Below the pieces are notes generated by a model. That model was not told the origin of the DNA. It was given only the letters and a program-made list of their open reading frames with translations, and did not search any database. From Sphingobacteriales bacterium 46-32 (GTDB taxonomy: Bacteria; Bacteroidota; Bacteroidia; Chitinophagales; Chitinophagaceae), in contig MKTY01000018.1 of the NCBI GenBank assembly GCA_001898485.1, forward strand, positions 209,421-233,420: DNA of 24,000 bases, written 5' to 3'. The first letter of the stretch is position 1; every line of letters begins with the position of its first letter. This document shows positions 8,129 to 16,442 of this stretch, in pieces. Both the position numbers and the translations under genes were made by a program.

Positions 8129-9906
8129 CGTATATACCAACATCTAAGGGGGCCTATCTCACATCCAACAGAGATGAAAGTACACAGCGTGGCAGGGCCC
8201 TGCCACCGGCACAGTATGATTGCAATGGTGATAAACTCATTTATCCGAAGGATCCGGATGCGAACGGTAGCTGGATTGCACTGAAGCAAAGCGGCGATGC
8301 TGCGGTATTGCTCAACGGAGCCTTTATCAGGCATGAGCGGCAACAGGTATACCGCAAAAGCCGTGGATTGATTTTTCTGGAAATAATGGCCGGCAGCAAT
8401 CCCCCCGATCATTTTTTACAAATAGTGTTGGATGGAATCGAGCCCTTTACACTGATACTTTTTAATAGCAAACAACTCTGGGAATGCCGCTGGGATGGGT
8501 ACAAAAAGTATAAGGTTTTGCTGAATGCATCAAGGCCTTATATCTGGTCTTCTGCCACGCTCTATCACAGGGATGTGACGGAGGAAAGAAAACGCTGGTT
8601 TCTGCAATGGCTTTCTTCTGCCCGTGAGTTGAATACCGCAAAGATCATGACGTTTCACCAGTCTGCGGGCAAAGGTGATTTATACAATGGATTAGTGATA
8701 AACAGAGCGAATAAAATGCGTACAGTGAGTATTACTTCCGTTAAGATAAATGCAGATAAACCTGCTATGAGTTACCAGGATCTGGAAGAAGGAACCAACA
8801 CGGTAAAAATATTTGACCGGACTTCGGCTGGCAAAGACAGTCGCTTTTTAACAAATGCAAACTGGTTTATCCGCAAACTGAAAATCCGGATCACGAATTG
8901 GGAATACTGGCCCTCGCAGCTGGTATATGGGCCTCTTTATTTGTACTGGCTCTGGTTAAGCCTGAAAGCAAGGTCTTTCTTTTTCTTTAGTGCGGCTAAC
9001 CCCGGCCTCCAGTATGCGGGTTTTATACACGAGAAAAAAAGTGATATCTACCCTTTAATTCCCCAGCAGTATTATCCGCGAACAAAGCTTTTCAAAACAG
9101 GCGAACTCCCCGTTGTAGTGATGGAGGAATTAAAAAGAGCGAAGCTTGTTTTTCCCTTAATAGCCAAGCCGGATATTGGGGAAAAGGGAAAACAGGTAAA
9201 GCTGCTGCATACGGAAAATGAACTGTTTCAGTATATCGGTCGCAGTAAGGTCGATTTTTTGGTACAGGAACATATCGGTTATGAGCAGGAGGCAGGTATT
9301 TTTTATTATCGTATACCCGGTGAAGCAAGCGGACATATTTCCGGTATCGTGGGAAAAGAATTTTTGTCAGTCACTGGCGATGGTAAGTCCAGTATCCGTG
9401 ATTTACTGAAAAGAGAAGATCGTTTCCTGCTGCAACTGCCGGCGCTTCAGTATACATATGGCTGTTTACTGGACAAGGTACTGGCAGATGGCGTAAAGCA
9501 TATACTCGTTCCTTATGGTAACCATAGCCGGGGAGCAAAGTTTGTTGACCTGAAACATAAAATTTCGGATGCCCTTACTGATACGATTGATGCCGTTTGC
9601 CAGCAGATTCCGGGCTTCTATTATGGCCGGCTAGATATACGGTTTAAATCCTGGGAAGAACTGGCCGAAGGCAAAAACTTTAGTATTATCGAATTGAATG
9701 GTGCAGGCAGCGAGCCAACTCATATGTACGATCCCGGGCATTCGCTTTTTTATGCATGGGGAGAGATCTGCCGGCACTGGCGGCTTCTTTACCGGATCAG
9801 TCAGTTGAATGTACGCGATAAAAAACTTCCCCTGATGACTACCGGTGAGGGGATAAAGATGTACAGGGACCATCGCCAGTATTTAAAGCAGATCGTAAAA
9901 GTATAA
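8116..9906 (+). CDS. Fusion protein: N-terminal NRDE/TANGO2-like domain, hydrophobic linker, C-terminal ATP-grasp ligase domain
   Basis: 596-aa uninterrupted ORF. The N-terminus MCTVTYIPTSKGAYLTSNRDE carries the Met-Cys start and the NRDE motif that names the family. The linker is WEYWPSQLVYGPLYLYWLWLSLKARSFFFF. ATP-grasp motifs appear in the canonical order: FPLIAKPDIGEKGKQVKLL, FLVQEHI, GRLDIRF, SIIELNGAGSEP. The ORF overlaps the DinB stop by 13 nt. Confidence 0.88.
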   Translation: MCTVTYIPTSKGAYLTSNRDESTQRGRALPPAQYDCNGDKLIYPKDPDANGSWIALKQSGDAAVLLNGAFIRHERQQVYRKSRGLIFLEIMAGSNPPDHFLQIVLDGIEPFTLILFNSKQLWECRWDGYKKYKVLLNASRPYIWSSATLYHRDVTEERKRWFLQWLSSARELNTAKIMTFHQSAGKGDLYNGLVINRANKMRTVSITSVKINADKPAMSYQDLEEGTNTVKIFDRTSAGKDSRFLTNANWFIRKLKIRITNWEYWPSQLVYGPLYLYWLWLSLKARSFFFFSAANPGLQYAGFIHEKKSDIYPLIPQQYYPRTKLFKTGELPVVVMEELKRAKLVFPLIAKPDIGEKGKQVKLLHTENELFQYIGRSKVDFLVQEHIGYEQEAGIFYYRIPGEASGHISGIVGKEFLSVTGDGKSSIRDLLKREDRFLLQLPALQYTYGCLLDKVLADGVKHILVPYGNHSRGAKFVDLKHKISDALTDTIDAVCQQIPGFYYGRLDIRFKSWEELAEGKNFSIIELNGAGSEPTHMYDPGHSLFYAWGEICRHWRLLYRISQLNVRDKKLPLMTTGEGIKMYRDHRQYLKQIVKV

Positions 9907-9939
9907 ATATATCAGGCCGCTGGAAGCGGCCTGATATAT
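9907..9939. terminator. Bidirectional hairpin terminator between convergent genes
   Basis: Perfect 14-bp stem: atatatcaggccgc (9907-9920) pairs with gcggcctgatatat (9926-9939), with the 5-nt loop tggaa. It begins immediately after the TAA at 9904-9906 and lies 36 nt from the stop of the convergent TPR gene. The flanks are A/T-rich on both sides. Confidence 0.8.
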
Positions 9940-9974
9940 TTATACCTGTATGTGAAGTTAAAATTTATTCCAGC

Positions 9975-11708
9975 TCAATCAGCGATACTGGAGGAAGACG
10001 TAATCTTATTGTCTGCATATTGCCAGGCTTCCTCAAAAGCCAATTTTGTTTTTTCTGCTTCAGCGTTCTTTTTTTGCAATACCTGTGCGTTATATAATCC
10101 GATCAGTGCCCATCCATTTCTGCGCCAGGTTTTCAGGTCCTGATTATATACATTTTCCGCTTCAGCATATTTGCCTGCTTTAAGTAATACAGCGCCCAGG
10201 TGATGTCTGATGGAGAAAAACCAGTCAGGCGGCTCGTTATAGTTGAGATTGTCTTCCAGAGCAACGGCTTCCTGCAGCAGGGAGATAGACTGTGGGAATT
10301 GCCCCTCTCTGGCAGCGATACCACCGGCAAGAACCCGCGATGCGATTTGGACAAGGTCTGCTGTAGTATTGATATTCCAGATGGTTATGTATTTAAGGGT
10401 GGTGTCGGCGGCAAGTACACGCAGGCTGTCCATTTCTTTCCGGGCTTTTGCTACATCATTTTTTCCGAGATAGGCCATGCCTCTCGCATAATGCCAGATG
10501 GCGCGGGGGTATACGAGATCATTTGCCGGAGGCGTAATGGCCAAAATTGTGTCCCACATAGATAGTTTAACGGCGGTGTAGTAAGGAATGGTGTAATAAT
10601 GCTGCAGCGTTCCCCAACCGGGCATCCGCATTACTTCTTTGGCCGTATGCTCCTGCAGTTTCCGGGAGGTTTCCCAGGCCAGCCGGGAGTTGCCTTCGAG
10701 TGCAGCTGTTGCTACCAGGAAGTGATTGTTGTGCGGGTAATAACCCAGGGGATAGGCTCCCTGTGCATGGCAGGTTGTTGTATACACGCTATCTATTTTT
10801 GCGGCTTCTATATTTGATAATGTGCCGGCATGATAGTCGCCTGTATTGATATAAATATGCGAAGGCATATGTAGCAGGTGTCCTGAGCCTGGTACCAGAG
10901 TTTCGAGCAATTTGGCACTGGCCATGGCTTTTTCGGGAGTGGCGGAAGATTCCAGTGCATGAATGTAAAAATGGTGAGCACCAGGATGTTTGGGATTAAC
11001 CTTCATCAGGTGCTCGAGTGTAGCCAGTATTTCGGGTGTCCAGGGACGAAGCGCCTTTGTTTTTTTATCGTACAAATCCCAGGGGTGCAGGTCCATCATA
11101 GCTTCGGCATAGAGCGCGCCGATGTCGGGATCGTCAGGAAATTTGGTAAATACTTTTTTCATAGCTGCCGCGTAAGCGATGTCGAGCGAACTGCGGTCGG
11201 TGGGGGGCTGTGCTGCATAGCGGGTCGTTAACGCATCAATCAGGGCTGCCTCTTTGGGTGTACAATTTTTGATGAGTGCTTTGGCTTTGCTGGCGGCCTC
11301 ATAAGCCCGTTGAAAGTTATCTTCTTCCATACCTGCGTTATAGTTTGGCCCGAGCACATAGGCAAAACCCCAGTAGGCCATAGCACAACCGGAATCGATG
11401 CGGGAAGCTTCGTAAAAAGAACGTGCTGCCTCTGCATGATTAAACCCGTAGGCCAGCATCATACCCTGGGCAAAATACGCCTGCGCCTCTTTGCTTGAAG
11501 TGGTAATGCGGAACTCAATACCTTCCAGGCCAGGCAGTTTGGGTGCCTTCTTTCCTGAACTATACCAGGCTTTGTCGTTGGTAGCCGGAGTGGCGCAACC
11601 AATGGCCTGACTGTTTTTGCCAGACTCCTGTTTCTCCCTGCTATCATTATTATTGTTGCAGGCGATAAGCAGCAGACTGCTCAGAACTGTTAAAAGCTGT
11701 GGGCGCAT
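9975..11708 (-). CDS. Tetratricopeptide-repeat lipoprotein of unknown function
   Basis: Lipobox LLLIA-C followed by NNNND. It has TPR-like helical repeats throughout (AQAYFAQGMMLAYGFNHAEAARSFYEA..., GKYAEAENVYNQDL...) and conserved-looking His clusters (HPGAHHFYIHALE, GSGHLLHMPSHIY). Confidence 0.85.
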   Translation of the reverse strand: MRPQLLTVLSSLLLIACNNNNDSREKQESGKNSQAIGCATPATNDKAWYSSGKKAPKLPGLEGIEFRITTSSKEAQAYFAQGMMLAYGFNHAEAARSFYEASRIDSGCAMAYWGFAYVLGPNYNAGMEEDNFQRAYEAASKAKALIKNCTPKEAALIDALTTRYAAQPPTDRSSLDIAYAAAMKKVFTKFPDDPDIGALYAEAMMDLHPWDLYDKKTKALRPWTPEILATLEHLMKVNPKHPGAHHFYIHALESSATPEKAMASAKLLETLVPGSGHLLHMPSHIYINTGDYHAGTLSNIEAAKIDSVYTTTCHAQGAYPLGYYPHNNHFLVATAALEGNSRLAWETSRKLQEHTAKEVMRMPGWGTLQHYYTIPYYTAVKLSMWDTILAITPPANDLVYPRAIWHYARGMAYLGKNDVAKARKEMDSLRVLAADTTLKYITIWNINTTADLVQIASRVLAGGIAAREGQFPQSISLLQEAVALEDNLNYNEPPDWFFSIRHHLGAVLLKAGKYAEAENVYNQDLKTWRRNGWALIGLYNAQVLQKKNAEAEKTKLAFEEAWQYADNKITSSSSIAD

Positions 11709-12102
11709 AAAACTCTTATTTACTTTTTGGTTAGGTAAAAGTTTTGGATACCGGGACGGATGCTACTGTTAGTAATCAGGCGCAGATCGGGCGGGAGGGA
11801 TGGTCTGCTGAAGATAATCAAAAAGTGTAAATGTCAAAACAAAATTGAAGGCTGTGTTGTGATGCTGTTTAAAATCTGTTCGGGAGCAGAACGGCAATAT
11901 CTTCGGAAACTTTGCCGGCGAAGGAGCAGAATACCGAAAGTTTGACTTCCGGGAATGCAAAAATATGATTGACGATTTGAGGATTACTAGTGTCCGGCGA
12001 AATAGTAGAAAAACCGTTGCTTTTATGTTACGCCTGCTTTTCGTTCTTTGCAATATCTCATCAGCACATCAGCACATTCTTCTTCATTGCCAAAAAGGCT
12101 GT

Positions 12103-14337
12103 TTATCGCAGTACATAGGTGAGCTGCACAATATTCCACAGCATATAATTAAATGAACCCTGTCCGTTGCAACGGCTGCATTTGATCTGCTCTTCGGTGG
12201 TATAGCCCTTTGTGGTGGTAGTTTTGGTAGTGGTGGTTTCTTTTGACCCGCGCACTTCTTTGTAGCTGTTGGTTGTTGGATCCCAAACTCTTTCCCAGGT
12301 TGGTGTGGTATTGCTCGAAGTCTCGGTCTTTGAAGTTCCATTTACCTTTCTGCTTATTGTAGTATAGCCGCTTCCTTCGCAATCGGGGCACCTGTGCTGA
12401 TCTGTAGTTTTGAAATCAATTTTATAACCTCCCAGGGCAATGGCGTCAAACGATATTTTCGCGCCATTAATTTCACCGAAGATCTTGTTCCCTTTTAATT
12501 CTATTTTCTCAAAGACGGGATAAAGCAAGACCTTATCATCGGTGGTTTTTAACCCCCATCCGGCTGGTCTGTTTCTGAACTGATGTTTGTATAGCACTGC
12601 CTCTCTGCCGGGCAATTGCATAGTACCTCCGTTTGCACCCTCCAGCCAGTTATGGGGTTTACCGGTAGCAAGATCAAGGTAGGTATAAAAATTATCGGCC
12701 CGGTTTTTTGCGGTAACCATGTTTTCTTTGCTTATACTATACATGGTATCGTAACTACACGAAACAATAAAGTTATTTTCGCTGTCCAGTATACCTGTTT
12801 TATTGTTGATGACAATACGCCTGTAAGTTCCTTCTTCATCCATAAAAAAGCAGGGTGTTTCCTTTCCCGATCTGTCCAGCAGCGCATATCGGCCGTTATC
12901 TGATAGCTGTACAACAGCCCTTCCATTTTTAAATATCCCGGCTTTTTTATATAAAGTACTAAAGCCATTACCTGTAGAATCTATGTAAATATATTTTTCA
13001 TACCTGTCGCCGACCACCGCCAGACCTTCGGAGAAATCGCTGGCAGAGGCATACATGGGAGAGATAATTTCTCTACCGGTTTTGTCGATGTACCCATACA
13101 GGTTATTGATTTTTATCCTGGCCCGTCCATTGCGGAAACCATAGGCTTCGTCGTATTTAAATGGGATAACAATTTTGCCTGCCTGATCAATAAAACCATT
13201 TTTGTTTTTGAATCTTACCTGTGCCAGTCCGTCCGAAAAATCGGAGGCGTCTTCGTAAATGGCTGAAACGATTGTACTGCCTGTGCGGCTAATGAATCCG
13301 TAGGCACCACTTTGTTTTATACGGGCCCGGCCGTTTGAGAATGGGTACGCTTCTTCAAAGGTTGCAGCAATAACCTCTTTTCCGGTTTTATCTATAAATC
13401 CCCAGGTGCCGCCACTGCTGCTACCGGGGTAGGCAACCATGGGCGTTTGTACAGCTGCCAGGCCTTCTGTAAAATTGCGGGCCATTGTGTATTTGGCCGG
13501 GATCACTATCTGTCCGTTTGCATCCCTGAATCCATAGTTATAGAAATCCTTGTAGAGCGTATAATTTACCTGTTCCGGTTGAAGTATAACCTGGCGGCCT
13601 GTTTTATCGACATAGAACTCTGCTTCATCTGATGCTACTTTGGCCCGTCCATCTTTGAAATTTTCGGCTGAGGTATACAGCGCCGAAATGATCTCTTTTC
13701 CGGTCTTATCAATATAGCCATAATGCAAGCCGGACAATACCCTGGCCATATCATCCGAAAAATCGCTGATATAGCCGTATTCCGCAGACTTTTTGTTGCC
13801 TGACTGATCAATTAGAAAATAACTGTCTTTGAGCGCTACAATAGCGACGCCCTGGTCAAAATCCCTGGCCTCTTTGTATATTACCGGTATAACTTCTTTC
13901 CCTGTCTTATCTATGAATCCCCATTTTGCATCTTTCCCTTTGCCTGCCGAAATCCGGTACAGGCCATCTGCATATTTTCCTATATAATTATATTTAACGG
14001 GAGTTATCTCTTTTCCGGATTTGTCCAGTAGTCCCCATTTGCCATTTATTTCCACCTGGGCAATATCTCCTGAAAAATTATCCGCTCCATCATATTTTAA
14101 GGGTATAACCAGTTTTCCCGTTTTGTCAATAAATCCCCTTTTGTTGTTGAGAATAACAAGGGCCATGTCGCCTTCGAAAAGAAAAGCCATATCGTACTGT
14201 GGCTCAACGATGATCTGGTCGTTGGCATCACGGTAGCCCCATTTGCCGTTCACAACAAACGGTTTAAGCTGCTGGCTGGCTGCACTTAGTATGCCGGCAA
14301 AAAAAATACAGACTGTTATAAGTGTTGATTTAATCAT
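12103..14337 (-). CDS. Secreted WG (KWG)-repeat protein with a C-terminal pair of DnaJ-type CxxCxGxG motifs
   Basis: Signal peptide MIKSTLITVCIFFAGILSAASQ. It has roughly 15 repeats of the WG motif (KWGFIDKTGKEVIP..Y..A..F..G.A.V type). The C-terminus carries CPDCEGSG (from nt 12390) and CSRCNGQG (12157-12180), separated by a Thr/Ser/Lys-rich spacer. Confidence 0.9.
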   Translation of the reverse strand: MIKSTLITVCIFFAGILSAASQQLKPFVVNGKWGYRDANDQIIVEPQYDMAFLFEGDMALVILNNKRGFIDKTGKLVIPLKYDGADNFSGDIAQVEINGKWGLLDKSGKEITPVKYNYIGKYADGLYRISAGKGKDAKWGFIDKTGKEVIPVIYKEARDFDQGVAIVALKDSYFLIDQSGNKKSAEYGYISDFSDDMARVLSGLHYGYIDKTGKEIISALYTSAENFKDGRAKVASDEAEFYVDKTGRQVILQPEQVNYTLYKDFYNYGFRDANGQIVIPAKYTMARNFTEGLAAVQTPMVAYPGSSSGGTWGFIDKTGKEVIAATFEEAYPFSNGRARIKQSGAYGFISRTGSTIVSAIYEDASDFSDGLAQVRFKNKNGFIDQAGKIVIPFKYDEAYGFRNGRARIKINNLYGYIDKTGREIISPMYASASDFSEGLAVVGDRYEKYIYIDSTGNGFSTLYKKAGIFKNGRAVVQLSDNGRYALLDRSGKETPCFFMDEEGTYRRIVINNKTGILDSENNFIVSCSYDTMYSISKENMVTAKNRADNFYTYLDLATGKPHNWLEGANGGTMQLPGREAVLYKHQFRNRPAGWGLKTTDDKVLLYPVFEKIELKGNKIFGEINGAKISFDAIALGGYKIDFKTTDQHRCPDCEGSGYTTISRKVNGTSKTETSSNTTPTWERVWDPTTNSYKEVRGSKETTTTKTTTTKGYTTEEQIKCSRCNGQGSFNYMLWNIVQLTYVLR

Positions 14338-14411
14338 TTTTCGGAATTAGGCCGGTGTCTTCTTATCATGGATTAAACAACCCCAATAATATCACATCTG
14401 TAAATGATTTT

Positions 14412-14431
14412 AATACCCTTTGCCGGGTATT
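14412..14431 (-). terminator. Weak hairpin candidate downstream of the FAD oxidoreductase gene
   Basis: aataccc (14412-14418) pairs with gggtatt (14425-14431), with a 6-nt loop. It lies 32 nt past the stop at 14463. There is no clear U-tract. Confidence 0.3.
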
Positions 14432-14462
14432 TATACATGTTGTCCAAAGCTGTAGCCAGCCT

Positions 14463-15668
14463 TTATCTCCCAAATGCAAAATAAGGGGTCAGCAAATGCT
14501 TTTTACCCCTGAGCCATAAAGACACCATTTCCATACCCGTTGCCGAAAAGGTGATGCCGTTGCCGCCAAATCCGAGTACGAAGTAGGCATTTTTAAAGTC
14601 TTTATGTTCGCCAATATAAGGCAGGCTGTCAGCAGTGCTGCCAAAAGTACCAGCCCAGGCAAAATCTGAGCGGAACGTATGTGAAGGGAAATATTTTTCA
14701 AACAAGCGGATTAATCGCTGTTCCTTTTTTTCTATCAGCTTATCGCGCCTCACGGGATCTCGGAAAGGTTCATCTGCACCACCGATGAGCATGCGGCCAT
14801 CGTCTGTCGACCGCATGTAGATATATGGATCGGCCGTGTTCCAGATGAGCAGATCTTTGTACTGCCGGCTCATGGCTGGTGCTATTTCTGATACAATGGC
14901 ATAAGTGCTCAGGAGGTCGACAAATTTTTCCCTGATCAGTTGTGCACTCTCATAACCTACACAGTATATAATCTTTTTGCAGCGGATAGCTGCGCCTGTA
15001 TGCACCCGGGCTTCGTTGCTGCGATGACCATGGATTACTTCAGTCAGCTCTGTTTTATCATATACCCGTAATCCTTTTTTCTGATTATAATGCAGCAGTT
15101 CATGCACAAACCGAAACGCATCAATACTGGCACCCTGGCGGGAAAGAATGCCACCCCAGGTTGCCTCCAGATCATAGGTATTTGCGATCTCATCGGGTTT
15201 CAGCCAGCGTACTTCAAAACCTGCCAGTTGCCGCGACTGCAGTTCCAGCCGAAGGCTTTTTATTTCTTTTTTACGGTCAGCAAAGTAAAGCGACATCTTT
15301 TTCCTGAATCCGGCCTGTGATCTTATTTTCCGTGCAATGGCGCCAATCTGGTCAATAGCCCGGTAGCAGGACTTATAGGTGGCAAGTGCAGCTTTTTCAC
15401 CTATTGTTTCTTTAAGCTGATAAAGCGGTTTATCCAGCTCATACTGCAACATAGAGGTAGTAGCAGAAGAGCTGCCATGAGCAATCTCCCGTTTATCGAT
15501 CAGTATTGTCTTATACCCTTCCGCAACGCATTGGTGAGCGATCAGGCTGCCGGTGATACCAGCACCTACTATCAGCACATCGCACTCCTTATTCTCGTGC
15601 AAAGATGGATAAGAGGTGAGCAGCCCGTTTTTTATTAACCAGAATGGTTCATTTGACTTCAGGTCCAT
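14463..15668 (-). CDS. FAD-dependent oxidoreductase (DAO/glycine-oxidase-like family)
   Basis: N-terminal Rossmann dinucleotide motif CDVLIVGAGITGSLIAHQCVAEGYKTILIDK. Overall length and the C-terminal GFGGNGITFS are typical of DAO-family flavoenzymes. I chose the start at the internal ATG (CAT 15666-15668, MDLKSNEPFW), because the track start at 15722 adds 18 hydrophobic residues of doubtful reality. Confidence 0.85.
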   Translation of the reverse strand: MDLKSNEPFWLIKNGLLTSYPSLHENKECDVLIVGAGITGSLIAHQCVAEGYKTILIDKREIAHGSSSATTSMLQYELDKPLYQLKETIGEKAALATYKSCYRAIDQIGAIARKIRSQAGFRKKMSLYFADRKKEIKSLRLELQSRQLAGFEVRWLKPDEIANTYDLEATWGGILSRQGASIDAFRFVHELLHYNQKKGLRVYDKTELTEVIHGHRSNEARVHTGAAIRCKKIIYCVGYESAQLIREKFVDLLSTYAIVSEIAPAMSRQYKDLLIWNTADPYIYMRSTDDGRMLIGGADEPFRDPVRRDKLIEKKEQRLIRLFEKYFPSHTFRSDFAWAGTFGSTADSLPYIGEHKDFKNAYFVLGFGGNGITFSATGMEMVSLWLRGKKHLLTPYFAFGR

Positions 15669-15964
15669 GTAAACAATAATAAAAATGTATACTAATCTTA
15701 CAGGCAACAAAGAAGCGAACAAATGGGACGCTTTTCTGTACCTGATAAATAAATCCTGGCGGCTTGTTTCTGCTAATTTTTGCCGGGCATTGCTTCCGGC
15801 AGCTACAGGTGGTTACCAAATATAGCGATAAAATGCTACCGGCGCGGTGACTGTGCCAGTGGTTTAGTCCCGGGCTGATTGTGCTGATCACGTTCAGTAA
15901 AAAGCCTGATGGCTGTCATTATATGAGCCTTCCTGTAGTTGTTACTTTGAATAAATAAAATCAG

Positions 15965-16435
15965 GTGTTTGGAAAATTAACCATAAGCGAGATCGATGAG
16001 TTGCTGGCAAAACAGGTGGTGGGTCGCCTCGGATGCCACGCAAACGGCGTGACCTATGTGGTACCGGTAAGCTATGCTTATGATGGACATTTTATTTATG
16101 TACGGAGCTTTGAGGGTATGAAAATAAAGATGCTGAGACAAAATCCTGGTGTTTGCTTCCAGGTAGACGATACCAGGGATTTTTCGAACTGGAAAAGTGT
16201 AATCTGCTGGGGTGTTTTTGAAGAGCTGGAAGATAAAAGTAACCGGGATGCCGCCATTGAAAAATTACATTCCCGGCCGCTGCCATTAGTGAGCAGCGAA
16301 ACCATGCATGTGTCGCCGATCTGGCCTTTCACTGATGATACAGAACAGGTGCATGGGGTTGTATTCAGCATAAAGATTACAGAAAAAACGGGACGATTTG
16401 AAAAGAGTGCGGAAGTTGAGTTCTACGCCAGTTGA
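15965..16435 (+). CDS. Pyridoxamine 5'-phosphate oxidase family (split-barrel flavin-binding) protein
   Basis: 156 aa. EIDELLAKQVVGRLGCHANGVTYVVPVSYAYDGHFIYVRSFEGMKIKMLRQNPGVCFQVD is the typical Pyridox_ox_2-type N-terminal barrel. It has a GTG start at 15965. Confidence 0.8.
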   Translation: MFGKLTISEIDELLAKQVVGRLGCHANGVTYVVPVSYAYDGHFIYVRSFEGMKIKMLRQNPGVCFQVDDTRDFSNWKSVICWGVFEELEDKSNRDAAIEKLHSRPLPLVSSETMHVSPIWPFTDDTEQVHGVVFSIKITEKTGRFEKSAEVEFYAS

Positions 16436-16442
16436 TGAAAAT

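Noticed and set aside
11760-12053. Small ORFs (61 aa on the plus strand, 94 aa on the minus strand) in the WG/TPR intergenic gap
   Set aside because: They are extremely basic (Arg/Lys-rich) with no hydrophobic core or known motif, and they overlap each other on opposite strands. They are more likely non-coding.
12059-12077. Tandem 8-mer CATCAGCA repeated about 2.4 times just downstream of the WG-repeat gene stop
   Set aside because: It is too short (19 nt) to be a meaningful repeat array or phase-variation tract. It is not in a coding region or an obvious promoter spacer.
12084-12391. Two alternative-frame minus-strand ORFs (85 aa and 80 aa) overlapping the 3' end of the WG-repeat gene
   Set aside because: The WG-protein frame encodes the two exact CxxCxGxG motifs here and is continuous with 650 upstream codons. 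The alternative frames are Pro/Lys/Gln-rich by-products of the Thr-rich (ACC/ACT) coding repeats.
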